From positions 1-64,000 of the forward strand of contig JALDTO010000206.1 in NCBI GenBank assembly GCA_023515725.1: a stretch of 64,000 nucleotides of DNA. The letters run 5' to 3'. The position numbers and the translations under genes are program-made. Shown piece after piece: positions 12,774 to 25,867 of this stretch (position 1 is its first letter; every line of letters begins with the position of its first letter). The notes under the pieces were generated by a model, which saw only the letters and a list, made by a program, of their open reading frames with translations, was not told where the DNA came from and did no database searches. The stretch is from Amoeboaphelidium protococcarum X5. Taxonomy: Eukaryota > Fungi > Aphelidiomycota.

Positions 12774-15700
12774 TCACTTGCCATATTTGGCCTTTCTCAT
12801 ACCAGCAAAGCGATTTCTCGCCATCTCCAGCTCCTTCTCCATCTGCAGAATTCTCGCCTGAGCCTCAAGCTCTTTGGCTCTCTGCATTGCACCACTGGTA
12901 TTACCGCCCATCTCTTTCATTTGATCCACATTCAGGGAATCATCAAAGGCCATTGAAGACTCGGCAGCCTTGACCAACTGCTCTGTGGCATTCTACACAC
13001 TCTTTCCGGCGGCCTTGAGTCTCATCTGAGCCTGGGAATTAGGATCAGCCTTGACCGAGGCTGAGGTCAACAACTACACTGTGGATGAGGATACGGCACG
13101 ACTGGCGGCAACCACACGCTCTCTTTACACCTGACCCTTCACGGCAGCATTGGCAGTCTCGCACAAATCTCCAGTAGCTGCGGCGACAGACTTTGCAGCA
13201 GAGACCAGACCATCACTCCACTGTCCATCTTGTGAATACATCTTGTCTTTAGAGACATTGCTTGACTTTCCTTTGGCCACAATTTCTCTCTGCGCATTAG
13301 TTGCACTACGGACTAGAGCTCCAGTGGCAGCGGCAATGGCTTTAGCAGCTTCCAGAATTTACTCTTCGAAAGGCAGATTTTCGTCGACATTCTTTCTCTC
13401 TGCAGGCTTGAGAGCTGCCAGTTTCTTGGCTGCATTTTCAATAGAGCTTGCAGCGGCTAGAAGTTCTCTCTCAGCAATGACGTTAGGATCATTAGGATCC
13501 ACGTATCCACCAGGAATCAGCTCTCCTGCAGCCTCCACAATTCCGTTGACAGAGATGGCAATATCTTTGGCTGCCACCTGAATGGCGCTTTTGCTTTCAT
13601 TAGAGGCGGATTCGAGATTGATTCGAGTCTTGTTGAATAGATTAACGGCAGCATTAGAGACCAATTTTAAAGCTCCAATCATTCTCACCTTCTTGTCATC
13701 TGGTGCCTTATCGATAGCCGCAGCTCCAGATCTGAGCAAGTCCAGCAGACATTTCTTGGAATTCAGGACACTGTTGATCAAATCATCTTGATTGTTGATA
13801 TTAGCCTTTCCAGATGAAGATACCAGATAAGCTGAAGTTTATGCAAATATTCTGGATAGACCAACAACTTCTTCAGGAGTAGACGTACCATGAGCCGCAG
13901 TTCCAGATTCCACGGATTTAGTGCATTCTTACACTTCTCTGATCGCAGTCTCAATCGTTCTCAATCCGCGAGATGATTCGTCACCTACCAATTTCACCAA
14001 CTTAATGTAATCCCCGATCTACAAGACAAAATTTTTGGCATCAGCGCGCATTTTCATAATCTCCATACCCTGGCCACTCACTGTACCAGTTGCTGATAGA
14101 GACATTGGCTTTGCAGAGGCTTCGAGAGCAGAGTTAATCAATTGACTCAGTCTATCAGCGACAGCCTTGGCAGATGAAAGTAACTGCTCTTACATATTGC
14201 GATCGGATGATGTAATTGCAGATGCGCCTTTGATCGTAGTAGCGACCAATGACTGAAGATTAGAGTAACTACTCTGAGCGGAGTTGGCGAGATCATCTTA
14301 ATTAGCGCTGGCTGTAGCGGCAACAAACGACTTGCTGATTTCCACCAAATCTCGCGCATACTTCTCCAAATCATCTTTATACATGGCGTAAACTTCTTGC
14401 TTGTTGGTCGGATCCAGTTGACCAGCCTCGGCAAAAATGATGGAAGACTCAAGATCTGTGATCAGATCTGAAATTTGCTGCAATACTTGTTCGCAAGCCA
14501 TTAGGCCACGAGATCCCTCCTTGGATGCCAGAATCAACTTTGCCACAGCGGAAGAAAGTTCCTTCGCAGCATTAGCAATCTTCTGACGAGTCATGTTGTC
14601 AACAGTTCCATTGGCACTGCTCTTGGAGGCAATCAAAGCCACTTTCAAAGACTCGGCCAACTTTACAGTTCCATTTCCTAGCATACGAGCAGCATCCATG
14701 ATATTACCCTTCACCTTGGAGTCCTGGTTCAATGACGATGCCATACTTACACCCATCAAAATTCCATCAAATGACTACTGCAACTATCCAGTCAAGCCAA
14801 TAACAGTCTCTGGATTAGGCTTTACCGACTTTCCTATAATGTCCGCAGTAAGATCTACCAACTATTTACCCTGCTTTGCAATATCCTACACTACAAGTGG
14901 GAAAGTCCAGCCTTGACCAGCCAATTGATTCGCATTATATCGATTCTCAACTTCAGCAATAGAATTAAGTTGGTTCTAAATTGCAGATGCAATCTCAGAT
15001 ACTTCCTAAGTACCTTCTGCAGATCCCTCAAGGTCACCAATGACGGCTGCAATATCCTTATCCAACTAGATTTTAGATTACTCAAGCTTTTGATGGGCCT
15101 ACGTAGCTGAAGTATCTCCACCAGCCTCTTTACATGCCGTCAAGTAGTACAAAGACGACTCACCGACAGATTTGACACCATCCAAGACCTTGTGCTAGTA
15201 GTTCTTATCAATGACAGTCTGAGCAAGGACAATGGCTGTATCAGACGTTGGTTTAAATGTTGAAGAGAACTACTAGACAATGCTGCCCAGCTAAATGGAG
15301 GGCAAATTCTCTGCATTTTCTCCAATGTTCTATCCTTTTGCAGCAATGGCAATCATCCCAACAAGCGAAGCCAGAGCTTTGATATTGTCAACCAAAGAAT
15401 CTTTCACGCTAGAGTCTCCTTGAGCAGAGCTGTTGCTATTATCTTGCATAGACAAACTGCCAACATCAACTTGCAGTAGAGTGCTATCAATGTCGCTAAT
15501 ACAAGCAGAAATCTACTCAATCGCCTCGGCGCACTCGTTCTGACCAGGAGCTGAAGACTTAATCCCGGTAAGCACTTGACGAAATGTTTCGTTTATGCCC
15601 TTTATTTAAGAGTTAAACATCTGTGTTGTGGACATGTCCAGATTAGAGGAGGTGATAATCTATTTAGCATTTGCCACAGCATCTTAAGTGACAGAAACTG

Positions 15701-18700
15701 TGCTTTTACCAGCCTCCAACATTGGCTATACTTTCTACATGGCTACTGGAGAGATTTAAGCTGGTGTTGGAGAAAACTCTGGAGACACTGCATAATTCAC
15801 TAAACCATCCACAGAGTCAACAAGTGGAACAGCTGAGGCTTCACACTTGGCTCTATTGGCATCAGACTGAGATGAAGCAAGCAATTTGATATTCTAAACA
15901 AGCGCAGCAGTCTAGGTAGCAATGTTCTTTGAGTATTGGATAAACTGAGCTTTAGCGGCAGGTGCAACTGCTGCGTTACTCTGAATGTTCTTACAGTTAG
16001 CACATAGAGCAGCGGTACACTTGGCAATTGCACTGGCAGCTGCGAGAATATCTTACTGCTTGCTATTAGGATTGATTAACAGGGACAAAGCATTCTTTAT
16101 CTCTGTAGTATTGGAAGTGAATTGACTAGCATCAAAAGCACCGGGCTTTCCAGGAACACTAGACGGGTCGGCAGTGGCTACCAAGTAGGCTGCGCGTACT
16201 TATTTTGACGCCATACTGTCAACTGCCTATGCAATTGTAAGCAAAGCCTAACCAAGCTTGACAGCATCTCCCGACCGTAAGGCAGCGCTTGCAGTTGATA
16301 CTTGCGCGCCAACTACCTTATAAGTGTCTGCAACAGAGTTGACACACTGGTAATAATTCTCACTACGCTGGACAACAGATGGGTCACTTAAGTAATCCAG
16401 ACGTCCTAAAGCCTACAACAGTAATTTGTCAGCCTAATTACACTCTGGAATACCTGGAGCAGTGGCAGTGCAAGTATCTAGCAGCTTGCTAATAGAGTCG
16501 GCCATCAACTTGGCAGCCTCTGCTAACTGACCACGCTAGTTGCTATCCATTTGAGAATGTTTAGAAGCCTAGAGAGTACTGTAACTAGTATTCGCCAGCT
16601 CATTAAAAAGACTTTGTACATTAGCCTGTGCTTAAGGATCATTGGTCGTGGCAATCAAAGCTTTACTTGCGAGAACAACTCTGTTGAAAGCATCCTCAAA
16701 TTAGTTTGCACTGCCCTTCAAATCAGCAACATTTCCATTACGGCTAGCATTCACAAGAGAGTTACATGCAAGAGCCAGAGCTGCAGCAGCAGAATTGAGC
16801 TTATTCTGCGCACTTTGAAAAGTCTCTCCCGCCTCTTTTACAGGAGGGCCATTGGCAAACAAGTCAACAGAAGCAGCAATTAAATTCAATGCATGATCAA
16901 TGTCTCTCTGTCCAGGGAGAGCACTGTTCACGGTGGCTATAATCTCGGTAGCATGCTGATAACCTTCAGCAATAGCTCGATTACACTCTGCAATCTCTTA
17001 TGGGGATTTATTAATATTCTTATCGAAAATCAACTTTGCATTCTTGAGCATTTTTTCCAAGTCCCCGGCTAATTCTGCAGCTGCTTCAAATAAACCTCTC
17101 TGTACATCAGGGTCACCAATGGACAAAGCTGCAAGAGTCTTGATGTAAGATGCCCAACTCTGGAACGCGCTAGTAGTATCAAGAACAGCAGAGCCACACG
17201 CAGACTCATTGTTCTAATTGGCAGAATTAACTAAGGTTAATAAACCAGGATTTATGATCTTCAATGCATCCAATATACCGGTTGCCGCCGTCTCTTAAGA
17301 CTAACCAAGCGGTGCGCGCAGTTGTCCTTTAGCAAGTTTTTCCTATCCATTCATGATGTCCTCCAGAGCAGCTTTAATAGCCTTCATACCAGTCACATAT
17401 TCTGATCCACTGATTGCAGCTTCAGCAAGAGCAATAGCGTTAGTCAGATTCTCCAAATCAGTCTCATGCTATTTGATGGCTCCAGATAGAGACTATTATG
17501 CAGATATGTCACCCGTCGTAGAAGCGACAGACTTGGCAGCAACGACAAAATTAGAGGCAATTCCCACCACACCTTTGGCGGATTAAATCAATTTACTTTG
17601 CAGACCAGTATCATCCACAGCTTTAAGGTGAGCCTTGGTAGCATAAATCAGATCAGACACATTATCTGCAGTCTGCTTACCGACTGTATTCAACTGAATC
17701 TGTGACGCTTGATTTCTGTTAGAAGGTCCAGCTTTCTTAGCGGCACCGATGAGCTAAGTGACAGAACCAGCGAACCTCTTGGATGCCTCGGCAAGGGTTC
17801 CCAAAGCTTTTTTCTTGGCGTTATCGCCAGATGCAGCAAGGAGAGCTTTTTCGACATCAGCAACAGCAAGTTTTAACAATCTCTATTTCTCCTGATCATT
17901 CGGATTCTTTGCAGCATCTTTGGCAGCTTAAATCATTCTGGTAGTAGCCTCTGCCAGACGCTTAGCAGCCTAAATCATACTGTCTTTATCGTCGGCAAAA
18001 GCTGGATCTTGACCTCTAGCCTTAAGCAAATTAACCAAACCAGTAGTGGCCAAAGTCAAATTCTTTGCGGCATCAATGATATTTCCGGAGTTTCCATTAG
18101 TTGATGATAGCTGGTTAATAGCCCCTGTAGCTTTATCAAAAATAGCATCAAACTCAGGATCAGTCCCCTCTGCCCCTTCCAATAACTTGAAATTCTTGGC
18201 CTTCTCAATCAAATTGGCAATAGCCTCATTCACTTTCTAGGAGTGCTTCATAAGCTCAACATTAGCTCTAGAATTATATCCAATCTTGGCCTTAAAAGGC
18301 TCCACCACAGAATGCAAATCATTGACAGCATCTTTAACAATCAAAGTGCCTTCCCACAACTAATCTTGACACTATGGAAACTAGATAGAAGGTGCCACAA
18401 CCATTGTGCAAGTGACCAAAGACTCTGCGGCAATACCAGCCTGTTTAGAAAAGTACACGATTTCAGGTTGCAATTATTAAAATTGAGGATCATTCAGAGC
18501 CTCCTAGGCAATAGGCTTACTACCTTGACTGACCAATGCAATCGTCGCCTTTGCAACTTCTTTAGCGGCATCAACCAACTACTATTAGACAAACTGTGAA
18601 ACTTCTGCTTCACCAATTTTACTCAAAAGATTGAATGCCTATTTGGAGATTTCCTAACCTTGACGCAACACCTCAGCCCGGACACTTGGATCTCCATCAC

Positions 18701-20623
18701 CCCCAAGCATTGGCTGAACAGAACCCAACAACTTACCGGTTGCTGCAGCCAGATTACGAGCACACTCCAACAATTTATCGCCCTGGACACCATCGCTCAG
18801 CGCAGCTAACATCTTAATACTGGCACTCATTTGATTCAGATTTTGACTTAGTGTCGATACATTAGCACCTACAGCGCCGAAGTCCACCTGCTCCAAATCA
18901 ATCGCGGTAACATTAACGATCGCGGCAGCAGCTGCCAGGTGAGAGCCAACTTGAGTAGCTACTGTCTATCTGTTGACTTCCATGGTTTGCATTTTCCACT
19001 GCTGAGAGGCCTAATCATTTCCAATAGGAGGAAGTTAAGTAGCCATGCTCAAATCCTGATTGGCGGAGCTGACTGCAGCAAAACCATTGTTTATGCTCTA
19101 CATCAAAGATTGCTGAGCCATAGCATTTGAATACTCCACACTACCATAAGCGGCGGACTAAGCAACCATACGCTTCGTCACACCTTGCTTCATCCCAACA
19201 CGATTGCCTTCCTCGCCGGATATTCCTGCGGACGCAACATCAACTTCCACTGCTCTACCTGCCTTCTTACCAACAATATTCACCGCAGTTCCCTTCACAG
19301 CCTTAATATTATCTTCCGCAATAGCAACCTATTCATCCTCATCCGCAGTGTTTCTTTCTGCATCTTTACGCTTTTTCAAAATAATATCAATATAACCTGC
19401 TATCAATTAACTAATTTTCTCTCCTTCGCTAGTCTACACAGAGTAATACGAGTCGGCATAATCACCAAAATCCAAAGTGAAGCTGTTCTATGCAGCAGCC
19501 CACCTACGCAGAGTAGTCAGCGGCCATATTTTAACAATTTCTTTAGTCTCGGCATCCATTCTCATGATACTGTCTCGAGTGACTCCAAGCAGACGAGGAA
19601 CAATCTTGCTCTTACCTGGAACCTTCTCTTTTACCAAGAAGAAGGTGACACCATAAGTCTTCAAACTACGACACAACTGAACATAACGAAACTTAGCATT
19701 CAATTCATTTAAGCCCTGCAACTTTCGATGCTCCTAGTAAATCTTCTTCTCCAAATCCTTCTTATCCTTCTAGTACTCGGGAGGGACAAACTCTTTCAAC
19801 TTGATAAAGCCCGGCTTATGCTTATCCGGCTCATGATTCCCGTACTACACTTGACACTGCAATGCAGCCAATTGAGATGCCTCTTCCATATTACATGGAT
19901 GTTGGCCACTGACAATCATATCTCTAGATTGAACAAATAACAGATTCAACTAAATCGGATCATTGCGATCAATGTTCTAATCACTAAAGAAGAACTTCTT
20001 TTTCAACAATAGAATATCAGCCTCAGCAACACCTTGCTCAGGCAGACTCTTCTCCGGACTAAGCCAACGATCACCACTAGCCATTTTCTCCTTATCATCT
20101 CCTGCGCGCGTAGACTTCTTCAAAGTCTTCTCAGAGCCACTTGAAGTTTATACACCATCAGCATTGTCCAACTGGAGGGAATATTCGTCAAAATTAGCAA
20201 TTCCGATACGCTTACAGATGGCCTCAGTCATTTCCTGCACAGTCTGCGAATCATCCACCAGAACAGTTTTCATTGTTTCATCCATTAGTTTAACACGCAG
20301 CGGCCTGTGCTTCTTCTTATACTCAACACTGTCACCAGACTTGAGATCATAGAAATCCAGTGTTCTATTGGAAGCTAGCCATTTTGTTAAAAATGGGTAA
20401 TATATACCATGATCAGTAGCACCTGAAGTCTTATCTCCAAGTCTTTCTTTTATATCCTTACAAACCTCAGAGATTGTCATTCGACCATCAAACTACACAA
20501 TATCACAAAAGTCAGTACGGTGAGTGGTGGAATGATTATAACCAATTAGAATATAAAACATACCTATAAAGTTTTAGTGGTCCCTTGATCTGCAATCAGC
20601 ACCTTCAATGATATCGTTGACAT
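12774..20623 (-). CDS. TLN: Talin, full length ~2592 aa; exons 20623-20564 and 20492-12774 (intron 20493-20563)
   Basis: MSTISLKVLIADQGTTKTLQ|FDGRMTISEVC (F0), FERM motifs AKFRYVQLCRSLKTYGVTFFLVKEK and PRLLGVTRDSIMRMD, long helical rod, YVDPNDPNVIAERELLAAASSIE and I/LWEQ end ARILQMEKELEMARNRFAGMRKAKYGK. All track fragments share one frame. GT..AG intron with TACTGAC branch site. Confidence 0.96.
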
Positions 20624-20771
20624 TGTTGTTGTAGATACTAAAGTCAATGCTCTATAGATTAAAAGTTGAGAAATTGTGTTTCAAAACAAGCAAGAGAGAG
20701 ATTTCTGATTGCGAGCTCTTTGTTGGTCCATCGTGCAATCTTGGTTGGCATGCAAACATACAGTGATTTGA

Positions 20772-21113
20772 TCAGCCTCTCATAATTTGTCTCTTCAGAG
20801 ATTTACAGTAAGCGAGATTTTAGTAATCATAATCTTCTTCTTCTTCTTCTTCAAGTTCATGATATTGACGCTTTCGATTAGAGAGGAGGGTAGAATAACG
20901 TGGTTATACTTTAGATAGCAGCGAAACTGATATTTTCGCTTGGTGGAGCCAAATAAGAGAGGCACTATCACTTGCTTGCTTTCCTTCAGGAATATCTTTA
21001 GACTTGCAATATACACACGCCCTTAACTTTATATGACCGTCGATATGCGATATTTAATAGCTATCTCTTCTGGTTCTGTAATACATTCTGTTTGAAACAA
21101 CGGACGATCCCAT
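20772..21113 (-). CDS. Small hypothetical protein, ~113 aa (CxxC, poly-Glu)
   Basis: ATG-to-TGA frame MGSSVVSNRMYYRTRR...RACVYCKSK...RKRQYHELEEEEEEDYDY...QIMRG. No homology recognised, and long ORFs arise easily with one stop codon. Confidence 0.35.
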
Positions 21114-21194
21114 TTTCTTTTCTGTTTCAACTCAAAAGCTGTGCCCAAAGTCGCGGGTACATCTCACCCATCTGCAGTATTGTTGCTTCATAAA

Positions 21195-24100
21195 ATGGAC
21201 CAGCTACTAAAAGAATGTGGGTTGGTGCAGCATAATTCTCTTTTTGAATGCAATCGTTCTATTTAAGAAGTAAAGTAGTGTATACTTGGAGCTGAAAGCG
21301 AAATACTGGTGCAATGGTTGACTGGAGAACGAAATCTTCATGCTTTTCTTCTACCCATAAAGTTGGTAGTCAATGACAGGTAAGACTTTAATTTAGTGAT
21401 TTTATATTCTTTATTATTATTAATATACGTTTTTGTAGATGGCTTAAAGAAGATTTACTAACTATAATGCTGCGTACCGACCCTCTATAAATTCCAGTGG
21501 TGAAGGCAGTGCTCGATGCGATGAGGGACGCGTGCGAAACTGATTCGCGAGATTTGTTTCAGAAGCTGCTGCAGCATTTGAAATGGCTGAATTTGTAAAA
21601 GCCGCGTCATATTGTCATTGAGTCTATAAAGTTGCTGCATACGTTGTCAGACAATTATAAGTCTAGCTTTATATAGGCTCTGCCAGATATTTTCCCAGAG
21701 TCTGAACACAAAATTCTGGTTGAAGAATTGACTCAGGTGATTGATGATGATTCTGATATGCTTAAAGTTGGCATTGAAGCCGTATCACAGCTAAGTCCTA
21801 ATGCCGAAACAAATGCAAAGATGCGAATCCTTGTTATGGAGAAGCTGAATTCTTCTCAGTCTAGTGATCTACCTTTCCTCATTAAATGGTTATGCCATCA
21901 GGCTAGTGTCGCTAAATCGGATGTTACTGAATTTATCCGTGACTTGAGATATAATTTTGATTTCTCGACAGTCGTTTAGTCTGATTCTACGGATGATAGT
22001 ACCGTGTACTTGATTATTGACTAGCTGTGTTAGTGTTTCAGTACTCTCCAAGGAGCAATGGACGCTTTTCTTCGTAGTGTTGGTAAAGCGGATAGGCTTT
22101 AACTTTTAGACTTGGTGTTGTTATTGTGTTGCCTGCGTACTAAATCAAAGTCCAAGTAAAAAGTTCATTTGTGTATTCAAGATTTGATTTTAAATGGGGT
22201 ATTCACCGGAAATCTTATTGATACTGCGTGTAAAAAGTGCAGAATGATACTAAGTGTCTTTGGCTCGGACGTGTTGTCGTTGATCGTGTTTCTGCTATAG
22301 AATGAGAAGATTAGTGCTTCTAACGATGCAGTTGATGTGCTGAAAACTTTTCATCTCAATTTGGCAGAGTAGTCAGATGTTTATATTCGCTCAGAAGCCA
22401 TATCTCAGACTGTAGCTTTAGTCGGTCAAAATAATCAAAGCCTGACTTCTGCTGCCCTTGATTTACTTTTAAATCTGTCTGTCGAGTGTATAGACTTTGA
22501 TCTTGGTCGATATGTTAAGCATTTGGTGATTCTTTTGGACTATTTGGAAATCATGGGTCCTGAAAATGTTCAAAAGACTTACCAACTGCTTTTTCAACTT
22601 GCTTTAAACGAAAAAGGTTAATCTGGTAATTTGGCCGATGAATTGATGATTGTAGTGCGGAAGCAGCTTTGTCATTAGGATATCTCATATTAGAAATCTG
22701 GAATCATTGGCGTGTTGCAGTACATTAAAGTCGGAGGTTAGAAAATAAGTCTGCAAGAGTTTGAAGAAATAATGCAGCTTGCTCACAAATAATGCTGTAA
22801 AAATATTGCCAGTTTAATTCTTCTCTATGAAACTCTTAATCAGCTGGTCAAAGAGGGAAGCTTGTCGGATGAATTTATTGGTTGGATTGAAGAGAATATT
22901 GCGGGAGATTTTCAGACTGAGTTTCTGCTGGAGGCCGAGTCTTTGCCACAGCTGTCTTACGTGTCAGTTGTCAGCAAGTTGCTAGATAGTCCTGTTTGCA
23001 TATCACTTATAAGCGAAGACTCAATCTAAAGATGTTCAGACCTTTAAATCAATGCCTTGAATGAAAGACTTTCTCTTCTTAATCCTTTGTTTGACTTAAT
23101 GATCAGCTGTGTGAAGGCCCTCTATTAAAAGTAGCTGGATTCGGTGGATGTCTTACTTGGTTGTGGCTTTGTGAATTTCAATTATGAACTCCAACTCGAG
23201 GATCTGAGGAAGTAAAGTTCTCAATCTTCTGGACTGATAACACTCTGTTTATTTTACCAAGTAAATTATATAAGAAAGGCTGTTAACTTGTTCATTGACC
23301 AGAAGCATGACGCTCAGGTGATGAAGACGTGCAAACTGCGCTTGAAGGAACTTGTCACGTTGCAATTTCATTTGAAGAATCTTTGCTAACAGTGCTCTCT
23401 GGATGAAATTGAATATATTGTCTCCAAGTTGCGTCATCTGTCATCTAATGAGGCTGCCTCTAACGTCTAAATTGATGCGAAATCCGCTTTGTTGGAAGCT
23501 GCTGCGTAAGATGAAAGTATTGATGATATCACCTTTTCTGAGACTGCGTCCGTGAGCACTGAGAAGAAGAGTAAAAGTCTGTAGTCTAAGAGCAAGTTGT
23601 CTTATTAAGACCATTTTGCGTTAGTGAGACCTCTTTTATGTGAATTGCAGGCTGAATCTGTCTTGATTGTACTAAAAGACTGTGTCTATAGTTTGTAAGA
23701 TGGCGATCTATGTGCTATGTTTGTTGAGGATATTGCGAGAAAGATTGAGGCTAGATTTTCCAATATGTACAGCATGCCGATTATGGTAGCAAAGCGCAGA
23801 AATGATCCATGTGCATTAAAATTTGACTAATTTCTGAGTTTAGAATTGGATTTAATAATGTAGATGCTGCTGGCAGTGGTTCCAGCATTTGGTTCTATAT
23901 TATCTTCCATGTGCTAAGCAGATGCTGACCTGGATGAGAATTAGCTTTAAATTGCAGTTTTAATATTCAAGTCTCTGAAGCATTTGGCATCCAGCAAAGT
24001 GTGGAAAGAGAAGTTCAATGAGAAATATATCAATATTGTCTCAAAGTGGTTTACCCCTCCCGATGCTGGCGCTCAAAATGCATCCGTAATTGGTTCTTTG

Positions 24101-25322
24101 TAAACTGTGTTCGGTCATGATAAAGCTCCTCTGGCATTGAAAATCCTGATTATTGAATGTCTCAATTCTATTCAGTAGTTTTTCGTTGATCACAAATACT
24201 TGCAATCTGATTATCGCGGCAGTATCCTAGACATGGTACAAAGTCTTCTTATCAATCCTTCTAATAAAAGGCTGATATCTAATGATCAGATAATTTGGCT
24301 TTTGGGTATGTAATTCAAGTATTGTTCTGATTCTGACAATGTCCTCCAAGAATACATATCTGAGGCGCTAAAGGCACATATGGATGGAGATGCAGAGACT
24401 CTACTGGCATATCCATTGCTGACCTAGGAGAGATTTCCGTACTATTACAAGTCTTTATTTGACTAGTTGTGCACCAGATTAAAGCAGATTGATGTTAAAG
24501 TCGAGGATGAGTAACTATTACTAAAGTAGATTTCTCTTCACGTAAAGCTCTTTCAAACTCTGATTAGCTTCATTAAACAGGCAGATAAGAGACCTGTGCT
24601 ACTGGCAACTTTGAAATTTGGCAGAGTATTTGTTGAAGCGTTCAATCGTATCTGCGTGCCTGCTCTGGATAGTAAATTTCGTCGTCACAGACACGAAGTT
24701 GTTGATATAATCAAAGAGTGTCAGATTGCGACCAGATAGTTACAGGTTTGATTTTACTAATCACTAATGGAATTATCATAAATATATAATCTGCGTTGTG
24801 TAGAGTGTATGTGGTTATTCTAAAGAATACAAGGATGTTAATATGACAAATGCTGTTCCTTTGACTCGCAAATCATTGGAGCAATTCATCTACAAGATCA
24901 AGGCTATGTTGAGCCACCACAACGTGCAAGGTGCATTCTGGATAGGTAATTTGAAGCATCGTGACTTGAAAGGAGAAGTTTTATCATCTCAAATGCCAGT
25001 GCAATAATAAATCCACCAGCAGACAAAGAAGAAAGCTTCATCCAAGTAGCAAAAGAAGAGGAAGCTAACGGATCAAGATGCTGAAGATGCAGAGAATTTG
25101 TTGCCGCAGAAGCGTTTATCCAATACTTTAATCACCTATTCTTCCGATAACGATGATGACGTCAATTAAAGTTCCAACAAATTGTCCACTATAGCAGAAG
25201 ATGAGTTATCTGAAGGAAGTTCTGCTGTTGTAAATATAGTTGATCATGATGACAGCTTGAATGATCTCAATATGGACGAGATCTTGGTGGATCTTGAGGA
25301 GCAGAATAGTGCAGAATGGTGA
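21195..25322 (+). CDS. FANCD2: Fanconi anaemia group D2 protein; introns 21380-21438 and 24746-24803
   Basis: DELMIVVRKQL...KSGIIGV (monoubiquitination Lys, codon 22661-22663) and AFWIGNLKHRDLKGEVLSSQ signature. Both GT..AG introns restore the frame. Confidence 0.93.
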
Positions 25323-25385
25323 ATTAAATAAAAAAGGTCATGCAAAAACATTATTTATGCTTTATCAACTTACTGTGTACTACAT

Positions 25386-25655
25386 TCATCGCTCCACCTT
25401 ATCTGAATTAATATCATCAAGAAATTGCTTTCGCAATCGATCAATGTCATTCTAAGTGGTAAACTACTTTACGCAATCATTAAGCGCGTTAACTTTAGTC
25501 TTGCATTTCCACAAAGCAACCAGTAGATTATGACTCTAGCAGCACTTTTGATAATCCTTCACCAATTCATCACATTATTTTAACGCGTTCCTCTTTAATT
25601 ATTTGGTCAACGCTTCTTCCTAAGTCTTTGTCAGTCCAACAATCTTTGCCGTCAT
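25386..25655 (-). CDS. CMC1: Twin CX9C COX assembly protein Cmc1-like, 89 aa (absent from ORF track)
   Basis: MTAKIVGLTKTQEEALTKQLKRNALKQ-CDELVKDYQKC-CQSHNLLVALWK-CKTKVNALNDC-VKQF...; two exact CX9C motifs. Confidence 0.85.
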
Positions 25656-25867
25656 ATCAATAACAATGAGAGTACGATTGATCTTTTATTCGCCGTGATA
25701 ACTCGCTAAATAGAAACGATAGTTCTGGCGGCAAAACTTTAACACATCGTCATCCTTAAGGAGTTTAGTCTCTTTCACCAATTTTATGAGGCGCGTGAAA
25801 TCTTTACGCCTTTTATTGTAAAAACGACCACTGAGACACTCCATCCACAAAACTAGTCGCGATCAGT

